Source: Octopus sinensis (Eukaryota). Taken from it: a stretch of DNA of 64,000 nt. The notes under the pieces were generated by a model that worked only from the letters and a program-made list of their open reading frames with translations, was not told the origin of the DNA and searched no databases. The stretch's first letter is position 1. Every line of letters starts with the position of its first letter. Location of the stretch: contig NC_042997.1 in the NCBI RefSeq assembly GCF_006345805.1, positions 201,128,001-201,192,000 of the forward strand. The letters run 5' to 3'. Below, in pieces: positions 48,301-60,569 of this stretch. The position numbers were made by a program, and so were the translations under genes.

Positions 48301-49135
48301 TACATACATATATACATACATATATATGTTTTCGAGTGGGTATATATACATGTACACACACACACAGAGGACAGTTAAAATACTAGAAAAGAAACAAAAG
48401 AATGATCTCAGCTTATATTTTTTTTTCTGTCTTAGGTTGGCTTTCATGAAATTGGAATGTAAACATGACAACTTAAAATAACATTTCATAAAGAATTCAA
48501 TAGAGGAAAATAAAGTCAAGTGTGCAAATGTGCCTAAGAGAAATATAGTTTAATAGTTACATTTTCAGGTAAGTACAAATAAAATGGTTATTTCACAAAG
48601 ATGTAAGGAAATTGGGAAGAGAACAGACGAAAATACAAAAGAAAATTTTTGTTTAGATTTTTTGTTCATAATTTTGTTTTTCTTGAAATTAGAAATATAA
48701 ACAAAGTAACTTAAAATCATGCTTCATGAAAAATTTGATTTAGGAAAGTAAAGCTGTGAGTGCATGTCTTGGCAATTGTGTGGATGTGTGGCTTGCTGTG
48801 AGGAGTGGAGAATTTAATGTTGCAGATGGATTCCTTTTTTAAGGAAATATTGAAAGGTGAGAAATTAATGTACGTAATTAATGTGTTGTACGTTTTCTAA
48901 GTTGAAAAAAAGAAAAAAACTGGCTGCAACTGATAAGGAACGCAGGACCATATGAACATCAGAAGTGGTAGGAGAAACTGTGTGGGAAGGTAGAAGGAAA
49001 GAGTAAAAGAATGAGGAGGAGAAGCAGGCAAATTTGAGTGTGAGGTGAAAGGGAAAAGCTGAGGGAGAGGGGAGTTGAAGGATAAGAAAGGGTTTAATGA
49101 ACTAAAAGGTGTTGGAGTAGAAGGAAAAAACATTC

Positions 49136-49368
49136 CTATTTCTTTACTATCCACAAGGGGCTAAACACAGAGGGGACAAACAAGGACAGACAAACGGATT
49201 AAGTCGATTATATCAACTCCAGTGCGTAACTGGTACTTAATTTATCGACCCCGAAAGGATGAAATGCAAAGTCGACCTCGGCGGAATTTGAACTCAGAAC
49301 ATAACGGCAGACGAAATACAGCTACGCACTTCACCCAGTATGCTAATGTTTCTGCCAGCTTGCTGCCC
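49136..49368 (-). mobile_element. SINE-B
   Basis: Reverse complement of the 41556 copy. Confidence 0.88.
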
Positions 49369-49371
49369 TAA

Positions 49372-49600
49372 AGAAGGAAAAAGCATTCCTTTAAACCTGT
49401 TGGTGACCCGGTGCCAAGTTTAAATATGAAGCATTGTTTCCCTCCATTTCCTTGAAAATATGGATCCCTGATGTGCAGAGATGCTGCACACTGGAAAATG
49501 AGTGAAGGAATGGCCAGTAGTGTTGAAGTGGGTGGTGACCAATTGGCCCAGCATTCATAGTAGTATGTTTCGAATGTGCTCCCAAAAGGGATCAGCAACA
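49372..49600 (-). pseudogene. Penelope-like GIY-YIG C-terminal remnant
   Basis: EHIRN..VTTHFNTTGHS..CFIFKLGTGSPTGLKE. Confidence 0.65.
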
Positions 49601-50137
49601 CCGGTCCTTATATTAACTACAACCATTGCAGGACCTAAGTTACAATATTACATTACTCAGAAACTTCTGTTGTACCTCATCTAACCTTATATGGGGCAGA
49701 TAAACATCAGAGATTTTTTTCCTTATGCAGCGACTGCAAGAGCTCCTCAGAGGTTTTGCAAGCTCTTCCATCAGCAATTATGTCAGGACTGCAAGTGTTT
49801 CACCCCTTAAACTGTACGCTTCACCTCTATGGAGCAGCAAGGACTGAGCTAGTTTCCACCAATGGAAGGGATTCATTTATCATCTCTTACTGATCATAGA
49901 TATCTTGAGCTTGTTTCAGCAACCATGCCTATTGCCTTGATGGTTTTCTTTACTTGTCTGGGTTCCAGACATATTTTCTGCTGGAAATTATTCACGAAGC
50001 AAGATGGAAAGTCGGTCATGACATTTGCGATTCTGAAGATCAGTTGTTCTGTTCATGATGCAGTTTTTGTGCTTTCGAAGTTCTGACATCTTTTATACAT
50101 TGCTGTCTTTGAGACATTTGTCTGAGAAAAAAAAAAG

Positions 50138-50845
50138 CTGAGCTGGCAGAATCGTTAGCACGCCAGGCGAAATGCTTAGCGGTATTTCGTCTGCCGTTAC
50201 GTTCTGAGTTCAAATTCTGCCAAGGTCAACTTTGCCTTTCATCTTTTTGGGGGTTGATAAATTAAGTACCAGTTATGCACTGGAGTCGATGTAATCAACT
50301 TAATCGCTTTGTCTGTCCTTGTTTGTCCACTCTATGTTTAGTATTTCGTCTGCCGTTACGTTCTGAGTTCAAATTCCGCCAAGGTCAACTTTGCCTTTCA
50401 TCTTTTTGAGGGTTGATAAATTAAGTACCAGTTATGCACTGGAGTCGATGTAATCAACTTAATCGCTTTGTCTGTCCTTGTTTGTCCACTCTATGTTTAG
50501 TATTTCGTCTGCCGTTACGTTCTGAGTTCAAATTCCGCCAAGGTCAACTTTGCCTTTCATCTTTTTGGGGGTTGATAAATTAAGTACCAGTTATGCACTG
50601 GAGTCGATGTAATCAACTTAATCGCTTTGTCTGTCCTTGTTTGTCCACTCTATGTTTAGTATTTCGTCTGCCGTTACGTTCTGAGTTCAAATTCCGCCAA
50701 GGTCAACTTTGCCTTTCATCTTTTTGGGGGTTGATAAATTAAGTACCAGTTATGCACTGGAGTCGATGTAATCAACTTAATCGCTTTGTCTGTCCTTGTT
50801 TGTCCACTCTATGTTTAGCCCCTTGTGGGCAATAAAGAAATGAGA
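50138..50845 (+). mobile_element. SINE-B with its body amplified as 4 x 159 bp
   Basis: Units start at 50182, 50341, 50500 and 50659; one head and one tail. Confidence 0.95.
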
Positions 50846-51139
50846 TGGAAAGTCATAGCAGTCAATTGCAAAAGGGAATAAAGGTACATGCCGGCCCTTG
50901 ACAATGGCCTCATCTAAGTCCTGATACTTCAATTTGTTTTTTACATGTTGAGAGATATTGACTCTGTCCTCAAGTGTACTATGAGTTCAACTACAATTAT
51001 TGTTTTTGTATTCCTGGAGAGCAGGAACATGTCTGGTCAGAATGATGTTACCACTGTCTCTTTTGGGAAGACAAGTCCAATTGTATCCTCCATCCTGAGG
51101 CCGAACACAAATAGCACCTTGTATATTAGAGAAACAATG

Positions 51140-51355
51140 CTTTGCTGATTGCTTTCAGGAACATATTTGAGGAATGTTATGATGCATGCCTAGCTTACCT
51201 GTCACCAGCCACCTTAAAACTACAAGCCATTCCATCATTCAGTTATCAGCATGCAGCATCTCTGCAATCCATGGAATTGTATCTTCAAAGAAACAGAGAG
51301 AAGAATGTTTCATTTTTGGATTCGGCATCATGTCACCAAAAAGTTTAAATGAGCC
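51140..51355 (+). pseudogene. Penelope-like GIY-YIG C-terminal remnant
   Basis: DCFQEHI..PVTSHLKTTSHS..EECFIFGFGIMSPKSLNE. Confidence 0.6.
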
Positions 51356-51950
51356 TAAGAGAAAAATTATGCAAGGTTTTAGAGATCAGCTGCCCTAGCA
51401 GATGTTAATACCTCATCAAATATTGCTGGAAAGAATATCTATGCAGGATTAATGAAAAACCTTTGGTCCTTAGATACAGGCAATAAATTGTCATATGTTC
51501 CTATTTATCATTTATCATTTCTGTGCCTGCATAGGTAACAATGCATTTGCATAAAAGCTTAGAAATAGTAACAGTTGGTTCCAAAGAGGAACCAATGAAG
51601 CTGATACGTATTCTCCAAATGTGGTTGATTAGTGGCACAGTGAAAATTAGTAAAATATTCTGTGAATTCTCCATTTAAGGTTCTTGGGTGTAGCAAATAC
51701 ATACAATTACGTACAGATATAGAATTCACACACACACGAGCACAAAGTTATCCACACATACACACATGCATACATACATAAATGCATACGTAGATACATC
51801 CATCCATCCATCCATCCATCCATACATACATACATACATACATATATACATACATACATGCACGCATAAATACATACATACATACATACATATATACATA
51901 CACACACACACACATACATGCATACAAACATACATACATACATACATACA

Positions 51951-51981
<31 letters not shown>

Positions 51982-52618
51982 TGTGCACAGTTGTGGAAAT
52001 TAGCTGCTTGGAGGATGTTAACACAAAGCTGAACATCAGTGAAAAAGAAAACACCTATGCTGAACTATTGAGAAATATGTAGTTAATCTATCCAGATTAC
52101 AAGTTCAGGTTTATACCTGTAATTATTGGGGCACTGGATATGTAACACACTGCCTAAATACCGACCTTGGGAAATTAGGCTTCTCAAAACCAGAAAGGAG
52201 AAAGCTAATTTGAAGACTACAGATCGAAGCCATCACTGGAACTGTAAGAATCTGTAAAACTTTCCAGAGGTTTATCATTTAAATATATATGAGCAAGTCT
52301 AGATATGTTTTATGCATGAGAATACATACATAAAATATACAAATCTGAACATACATACACACATACATACATACATACATACACACATACATACACACAT
52401 ACACACATACGCACATACGCACATACATACATGCATGCATACATACATACATACATACATACATACATACATACATACATACATACATACATGCATACAT
52501 ACATACATACAAAAATACCCTGTTGTTGATGTTGAAATTTCAATGAAGGAGACTTGAATCTAGGTTAGAAATCAGTTCTTCCTCTATTGGCAGGAAATGT
52601 TGAAATAAACTGAATAAT
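51982..52618 (+). mobile_element. R4/Dong-like 3' end, second copy, within (CATA)n
   Basis: LCTVVEISCLEDVN..SEKENTYAELL..FIPVIIGAL; UTR homologous to 3509-3699; (CATA)n at 51740-51980 and CATACATACA at 52622. Confidence 0.87.
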
Positions 52619-53394
52619 GACTCATACATACATTTACTAACCAATCCATGAACCCACAAACCCTGAGATCAGTTTTAATTTAAACAAATGAGTCTTGCTA
52701 CTTCATTAGTGATCAGCTTGAATTCTTCAAATAAAACCATATACTTACGCACATACGTTCATACATATGCAATTATGCACACACACATACTCATACACAC
52801 ATGCATACATACATACATACATACATACATACATACATACATTCATACATACATACATACACATATGTATGCATACTTACACAAATACATGCATGCATAT
52901 GGAAATACGTACATACACACAGGCAGACAAACAGACAGACAGACAGACATGCATGAACATACAAGTGAACACTTTGATTGATTCTCTAGAAACATAGAAA
53001 TGGTATTTGCTGAGTGAAAACCCTTAAAATAGACATTTTGATTTGCCATTGAACGAATTGTCCAAAAATACAACCAATGTTTCCAAGTAAGAATGACAAG
53101 TCTTTAAATGAAGGCAATCATGTTTGATAGGATGGACAAGTTAACAAGTGAAGAACAAGAAACAAAGACAAGTGTAAAACCATCACAGCCCTGACTTTAC
53201 AAGGTAAGTTTGCACTGTGTTGTGTTGGGCCTTTTAAGCTGCACATAATAGTTTCGAATTTTAGCACATGCTCAGTAATTTTGAGGAGAGTGGGCAAATA
53301 CTTGATCTTGGCAGGATTTGAACTCAGAATATAAAGACCTAGAACGAATGACATTGAGCATAAACTACATACAACAACAACAGCAGCAGCAAGT

Positions 53395-53595
53395 GGAGGC
53401 GCAATGGCCCAATGGTTAGGGCAGTGGACTTGAGGTCGGAGGATCACGGTTTCGATTCCCAGATCGGGTGTTGTGTGTGTTTATTGAGTGAAAGCACCTA
53501 AAGCTCCACGAGGCTCCAGCAGGGGGTGGTGGCGACCCCTGTTGTACTCTTTCACTCCAACTTTCTCTCACTCTTTCTTCCTGTTTCTTGTCTCC
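53395..53595 (+). mobile_element. SINE-C 5' part
   Basis: A box TGGCCCAATGG, B box GTTTCGATTCC; homologous to 46058-46358. Confidence 0.8.
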
Positions 53596-54559
53596 AACTT
53601 CCTACACAACCGCTGAGCTTGGATGCGCATTCATCCATCCATCCATCGATGCTCAGGGGTTGACCTGTTTTCTCTTCTGCGGGTCTTACGAAAAGCAAAG
53701 GACCACGTTTTGGACTTCTCTCACTACAGAAGACCACTCAACATCAACATCAACATCAACAGCAGCAGCATCAATAAGGATAATAATAATAGGGAGTCAG
53801 GTGCAGCTCTCCAGCTTACCAGTTCTGGCCAAACCGTCCAACCCATACCATCATGGACAGCGGACGTTAAATGAGGATGATAATGACGATGATTATGATG
53901 ATGATGATGATGATGATGGTTTCAAATTTTGGCTTAAGGCCAACAGTTCTGGGGGAGGGGTTAAGTCAATTACATGAAACCCCCTACTCCCTGCCAGAGC
54001 ACAACAGGTACTTTTTCCAACAGATGAAAGAATATTTTTTCCTGTGGTTTACAATCACAAAATAGATAACAGTATCAGAACATCTAATTAACAAAAGAAG
54101 AAGCATGCAGTATAAAAATTGACACTTGCCATCCCTTGGGGAACGTTAACTATACCTATATTGCACAGCATCATAAATAAAAAATAGATAAGTTCACTTA
54201 GATGTGATCAAGATTGCAGAAAGATTTTTGAACGATACTTCTTGCTACCATCAGCAAATGTCAGCATTAAGATTTTGTTTTTCATCATAGCAACTAAAAT
54301 ACAAAAATTAATGGACATAGAATAATGTATATTAAAATATTCATGCATAATAAAGAAAATATATTTTCTTTCAGAATGGAGACCGCAATTCTAGTTAATA
54401 CTTAATCAGTGAGAAAACGGACAATGTGTAGAAGATAATAGCATGAAATATTGTACACTGTTGCACAAATACATGAAAGATATGATGTGAAATAAGCTGC
54501 ATGGTAACTTGGGTGAATGTCTACTACAAGAACCATGGGTTGTCTCATAAGATGTGAGT

Positions 54560-55035
54560 GGAATTTAGAGACCTTTGAACATTAGGTCTGACAGAGGCAA
54601 TGACAGAACCTTTGGAGATATGCTGTGATTGAGAAGACCCATCATCTAAAGTGAGATCACAGTCACACATGTCTGGCCCTGTTAAGAATACCTCTGGTGT
54701 GCTGGGTGATTATGAAATGCTTGAGAAGTCCTGCTGAATCAAGTAAAACCAATATCATAGCTGTGGTTCCTGTGCCGGTGGTATATAAAAAGCACCGTCT
54801 GAATGTGGTTAATGCAAGGTCTGCCTGACTGGCTCCTGTGGCAGTGGCACATAAAAAGCACCCACTACGCTCTCGGAGTGGTTGGCGTTAGGAAGGGCAT
54901 CCAGCTGCAGAAACATTGCTAGATCAGGGTGGAGCCGGGTGCAGCCGCTGGCTCTCCAGACTTCAGTCAAACCGTCCAACCCATGCCAGCATGGAAAACA
55001 GACATTAAACGATGATGATGATGATGATGATGATG
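54560..55035 (+). mobile_element. RTE LINE 3' end
   Basis: TLGLTEAMT..LWRYAVIEKTHH then UTR modules and (GAT)n. Confidence 0.8.
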
Positions 55036-55497
55036 AAACTGTGTAGAAACTGCATATTTAGTACAACCTGTTGCATGATTGGGTTGTCATGACTAAACTG
55101 GTAACCCCACAAAGCTTGCTTATTAAGGAGGAAGATTTTAAAAACCCTGCAAGAGGGAAAATTATGACCTGTCAAAGAAGGACGAACTCGGAAGAATCAA
55201 TTACAATTCAATAATGTGGTGTGGGGGAGAAGGATGGGTGGGGTGGTGGGTGGACATGAAAATATTTGCGATGATGAATGAATGCAGTGTAAATTAATTC
55301 TGAGTAATGAATCTCTAGAACAAGGATATTTTGATGTAAAGCATGAAGGTTGGGCAGTTTCTCTTTGTCTCAGCCAGTGACTGGTCAGAATTGAAACAAC
55401 CCATTCCATTGGGAAACAGAAATCAATTTCTGTATTGCTTCATTCATTGCAACAAATTTCACAAACAGAAATTATTCAGGAAACACTCTATGGATCA

Positions 55498-55990
55498 TAC
55501 AGTTCTTTATTTAAGAGATGAGAAATTATGTACATTATTTACATTATTTATATTTGATGGATATTTTGTCCTCATTTTGTTTGTTGTTAACACAACATTT
55601 CAACTGATATACCCTCCAGCCTTCATCAGGTGTTTTGGGGGAAATTTCGAACCTGGGTTCTCATTCCTAAGGTATTTTTCAATGTTATCCTGCACAGGAA
55701 AGTTAGATGTTTTGAAAGACGAGCTAGTTTTTGAGGGAGTTTCTCTAAATGTCTCCATTGAAGTCTACTGTTGGCTCCGTACCAATTAGATAATACAGTT
55801 CTATATTTAAGAGATGAGGAATTATGTACATTATTTCCATTATCTACATTTGATGGATATTTGTCCTCATCTTGTTTGTTGTTAACACGTTTCAGCTGAT
55901 ATACTCTCCAGCTTTCATCAGGTGTCTTGGGGAAATTTCGAACCTGGGTTCTCATTCCTTAGGTATTTTTCAATATTATTATTATTTCTC
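55498..55990 (-). mobile_element. Tandem hammerhead/pLTR units separated by the start of a Penelope-like ORF
   Basis: Units 55793-55990 and 55498-55690; in-frame NSSSLKYRTVLSNWYGANSRLQWRHLEKLPQKLARLSKHLTFLCR runs from the first unit across the spacer. Confidence 0.85.
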
Positions 55991-56079
55991 AAGAGATCAT
56001 AGGTACAATAGATTATCAGAAATCTCTGGGTGATTGACCACATAAAAGGCACCCCAATACTTCACAAGTATGTCCTTGA

Positions 56080-56310
56080 TTCGGAAGAGTGTGGCCTAGT
56101 GGTCAGAGTATTGCACTCGTGATCACAAGATCATGATTTCAATTCATGGTGGTGCACTGTGATCCTGGGTGTGCAAAACATTTCATATCATTTTGTTCTG
56201 TGATCACTTTGACACCTGACATGTGGTACACCGTGCACCTGTTCAGGTAATGTCAATTTGATGGAGAGAGTCAGCTAATGTACAGCCACATACATTTAAT
56301 CTCAATAAAT
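56080..56310 (+). mobile_element. Additional tRNA-headed SINE, diverged
   Basis: GTGGCCTAGTGGTCAGAG..GATCACAAGATC; a similar head fragment at 46570-46617. Confidence 0.5.
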
Positions 56311-56359
56311 GTATCTATACATATATGTATACGTATATGTATATGTGTGTGTGTGTATA

Positions 56360-56715
56360 TGGGCATCCAGCTGTAGAAACTCTGCCAGATAAGATTGGAG
56401 TCTGGTGCAGCCATCTGGTTCGCCAGACCTCAGTCAAATCGTCCAACCCATGCTAGCATGGAAAGTGGACGTTAAACGATGATGATGATGATGTGTGTGT
56501 GTGTGTATATATGTTTGTTTGTCTTTGTTTGTCCCCCCCATCATCGCTTGACAACCGATGCTGGTGTGCTTACGTCCCCGTAACTTAGTGGCTTGGCAAA
56601 AGAGGCTGATAGAATAAGTACTAGGCTTACAAAGAATAAGTCCTAGGGTAGATTTGCTCGACTAAAAGGTGGTGCTCCAGCATGGCCGCAGCCAAATGAA
56701 TGAAACAAGTAAAAG
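56360..56715 (+). mobile_element. RTE tail followed by a SINE-A 3' half
   Basis: Both consensus segments recognisable. Confidence 0.8.
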
Positions 56716-57295
56716 AGTAATAGAGTAAGGAATTGCAGAACTGTCTTTCCTGGACTATGAGAGACTGAACCCAGGGCCATGTGGTTGAGAAGGAAGTTTC
56801 TTACCACATAGCATTGTCTGCACCTATATATTTGATCTTAATGAATAACACATGTTTTTAATCAGCCCATATCTGCAAGTTTATGGCTAATCTAAGCGAT
56901 TTTGTACATGTTTTTTTATCATCCTCTGTCTGCAAGTCTTCTTCTCTTCATCTTCTGTTTCTTTGTCATATTTGAAATTGTCAATTCTTCTATTGCTCTT
57001 TCTTTTGTAATACCCTCCTGTCTCATGGAAATCAACATCGCATGTGGTTGTAGTTTTTCATAGCAAAGCATTGCAATGTCACCTTGTGTATAACTGACTG
57101 CTTTTCTGTTCTGAATTATTTTATTTTTTTTTTTGCAGGAGGAACAATAACAAGCCATCCACATAGATATATGTTCTATGATTTATGATATTATATTTCA
57201 TTGCTTCAAAATGTTTGCTCTTCCATCATCTGTCAGTTTACATTATTTACATTATTTCCATTTGATGTATATTTGTCCTCATCTTGTTTGTTGCT

Positions 57296-57341
57296 AACAC
57301 AATGTTTCAGCTGATATACCCTCCAGCCTTCTTCAGGTGTC
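57296..57341 (-). ncRNA. Hammerhead motif, left arm
   Basis: GACAC CUGAAGA A GGCUGG AGGGUAUA UCAGCU GAAAC AUU GUGUU. Confidence 0.72.
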
Positions 57342-57600
57342 TTGGGGAAATTTCGAACCTGGATTCTCATTCCTAAGGTATTTTTCAATGTTATTATTAT
57401 TGTCATTATTATTGTTGTTGTTGTTGTTGTTGTTATTGTTCAGTTCACTGCTTGGAATCTTGGGGATAGTAGCCCATGCGCTTAACCTCAAGATTCCGAG
57501 TTCGATTCCAAGCAGTGACCTGAATAATAACAAGAATAATAATGATAATAACATCGAAAAATACCTTAGGAATGAGAACCCAGGTTTAAAATTTCCCCAG

Positions 57601-57649
57601 GACACCTGAAGAAGGCTGGAGGGGGGTATATCAGCTGAAACATTGTGTT
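57601..57649 (+). ncRNA. Hammerhead motif, right arm
   Basis: GACAC CUGAAGA A GGCUGG AGGGGGGUAUA UCAGCU GAAAC AUU GUGUU. Confidence 0.72.
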
Positions 57650-58053
57650 AACAACAAGCAAGATGAGGACAAATATCCATCAAATGAAAATAATGTAAAT
57701 AATGTACATAATTCCTCATCTCTTAAATATAGAAGTGTATCTGTCAGTTTGTCGTAACAACAACAACACCAACACTTGCCACATGGTAGAACCGAACCAG
57801 AAACCATGCGGTTGAGAAGCAAACTTCTTATCCACACAACCAGCTATTTGTGCTGTGCAATGACTGTTATAAATTCTATGTCTGTAAACCAATGTCTTGG
57901 AAATTGCAGATTATACGTGCAAATATGGCATGAAAAGAAATAGTTTTTTATTCATTGTGATCAAACAAAATCATTCGATCCATTGCATTGTCTTCTGGGA
58001 CTCAGGACCAGAAGAATTAAATCTCATCTTAGTAAAGAATTTGTTGAGGAAGT

Positions 58054-58707
58054 TTAATCCTTTAGCAGTTATTGTTGCCAGAGCAGCTGACTGGCTGCCG
58101 TGCCAGTGACACGTGAAAAGCACCATTCAAGCGTGATTGTTACCAGCATCGCCTTACTGGCACTTGTGCTGGTGGCACATGGAAAAACATTTGAGCAAGG
58201 TTGTTGCCAGTGCCGCTGGACTGGCTCCTGTGCAGGTGGTACGTAAAAAACACAATTTGAGCATGGCCAATGCCTGTACCACCTGACTGGCCCTCGTACC
58301 GGTGGCACGTAAAAGCATCCACTACACTCTTAGAGTGGTTGACATTAGGAAGGGCATACAGCTGTCGAAACTCTGCCAGATCAAGATTGGAGCCTGGTGC
58401 AGCCATCTGCTTTGCCAGCCCTCAGTCAAATCGTCCAACCCATGCTAGCATGGAAAGCTGATGTTAAACGATGATGACGATGACGACGATGATGATAATG
58501 ATGATGATAATTACTCAATTAAATGTAATGCTTATTTATTCACATTGTTAAAATTAATTATGTGTTACCTTGTAATTTCAAGATTTGATTGTTTACTTTT
58601 ACATAGACATTGTGGTATATGTGTGAGAGCCAAGATCTGGCTGGTTTAAATATAAAGCAGAAAGAATATTTTGACTGAATATGATCAGTTTAAACATTAA
58701 GGGTTAA
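58054..58707 (+). mobile_element. piggyBac-like MITE with a nested RTE tail (58068-58510)
   Basis: TTAA-TCCTTTAGCA ... ATTAAGGG-TTAA termini; body homologous to 19715. Confidence 0.7.
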
Positions 58708-59002
58708 TGTCAGACAATGTTAAAATCTACCCAAATAGTTCATATCAAAGAATATTGGTAAGATATGTGATTTACCATTTTACTATTATAACCATTTTAC
58801 TATTAAGATATAATAATTTAACCATAATCATATTAATTTTGTCAGTCGTCATTTTTCTAGCTAAGAAGATTGGAATAATTAGAATTGGAGTGTAAATGGG
58901 AATGAGCTGAATTCCTTGAGAATGCTGCATTTGATTTGTAAAACATGACTTTCAAACCAGAATGAATGAAAGCTCTGCCTCACCATTTTTTGAAAATATA
59001 TT

Positions 59003-59218
59003 TATTTCTTTATTGCCCACAGAGGGATAAACATAGAGAGGACAAACAGAGGGATTAAGTCGATTACATCGATCCCAGTGTGTAACTGGTACTCATTTAA
59101 TTGACCCCGAAAGGACGAGAGGCAAAGTTGACCTCAGCAGAATTTGAACTCAGAACGTAACGGCAGACAAAATACTGCTAAGCCTTTCGCTGGTGTGTTA
59201 ACAATTTCTGCCAGCCCG
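59003..59218 (-). mobile_element. SINE-B
   Basis: Reverse complement of the 41556 copy. Confidence 0.85.
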
Positions 59219-60569
59219 CAGAGAGGAGATAAGCTATCGTGGTTCCTTAATACCAAAATAATTACTAGGATTTTAAAAATTCTAGAAGTCATGTAAGCAA
59301 CTAATGCATTATTCAAAAATCTAATTAATGCATAATTATCTCATAAAAGGATTAAATATCTATTTTGCTTTCGTTTTTAATCTGCCTGTGCATTAAGAAA
59401 TACTTACCATAAATGCATGGCACCACCTTGTAATCCTTCTCTATTTGATGCATATAAAATTGATCATGTTTTCTGCCAGTTCTATCAAGGGAACCTTTTG
59501 ATACCAACACCACAGAGACAGACCCTGGTTCTATGATACAAAAGATCAAATTTCCAAGTAATTCAAATCAAAACCTTTTCATAAAATTTCCCATTAATTT
59601 ATGTTCCAAACACTAGTTTAATATGGTAAAGTTATTTCACTAAATCCTTCATTATTTTCAAAATTAATTAAATTAAACAAAGGCTCTGCATTTAGGTAAA
59701 AATGACTCATAAATGATACTTCGTTAACCATTTTGTTACTGCATTTCTACTGAAATTCTTACTGAATTTCTACTTAAATGCAAAGCCTTCTGTATACAAT
59801 CTTCCATTCTCTTTCTGTAACCATTTGTTACCATATTTCTGTGAAATACTCTGCCTTTGTTTCTTTTAGTTTTGATAATAATGAAGAATTTAATAAAAGA
59901 AATGTGAATTATTAAGTTGGTGCTTGCAACACAAATTAACATGGAATTTTAATGAAAGATTTTAATTTAGTTTAGAACAGGAAGTTTGTATCATAGATCC
60001 AAGGGGCAGCCTTAGGTTAAGACAGCATCAAAAAGTTTAACCTTTTTGCTATTACATTTCTCTTGAACTACTCAGCCGTTTTTTTTTCTATTAACTTTGA
60101 AGAATTTAGTAAAATAACATGACTGTTATGAAGCTGGTGGCTGGAACATAATTTCACATAAAATTTTGATGGAAAATTTTAATTTAATCCACTTTAAAAA
60201 AGAAGTTTGTATCACAGAACCAGCATTGTTATGAGGCAGGTGGTTATCGGAAGAATTAATATACATAGGCATAGACATGGCTCTGGTAAGAAGGTTGCTT
60301 CCCAATCACATGGTTCTGGGTTCAGTCCCATTGTGTGGCACCTTGGGCAAGTACTTCTACTGTAGTCTTGGGTCAACCAAAGCCTTATCAATGGATTTGG
60401 TAGACAGAAACTGAAAGAATCCTGCCTTCATCATCAACAACATAATTTAAATCCATTGTCCAGGGCTGATAAGCTGAGGGGCTGCACCAGACCCTAGTCT
60501 GATTCTGTAAGGATTCTACAGCTTGGGTGTTCTATTATGTGGCATTGGCATGGGTTCTTTTCATGAACA

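Larger units (their letters stand above)
57240..57738. mobile_element. Head-to-head palindromic pair of hammerhead elements with a 12-bp TSD
   Basis: Minus arm to 57487, plus arm from 57488; ATCTGTCAGTTT at 57228-57239 and 57739-57750. Confidence 0.93.

Noticed and set aside
53595-53740. Possible HDV-like ribozyme after the SINE-C head
   Set aside because: I could not find a P1 partner for GGGGTTG or the nested pseudoknot.
55498-55990. Repeat-spacer-repeat read as captured host DNA
   Set aside because: The spacer is in frame with the repeat end and looks like the element's own ORF start.
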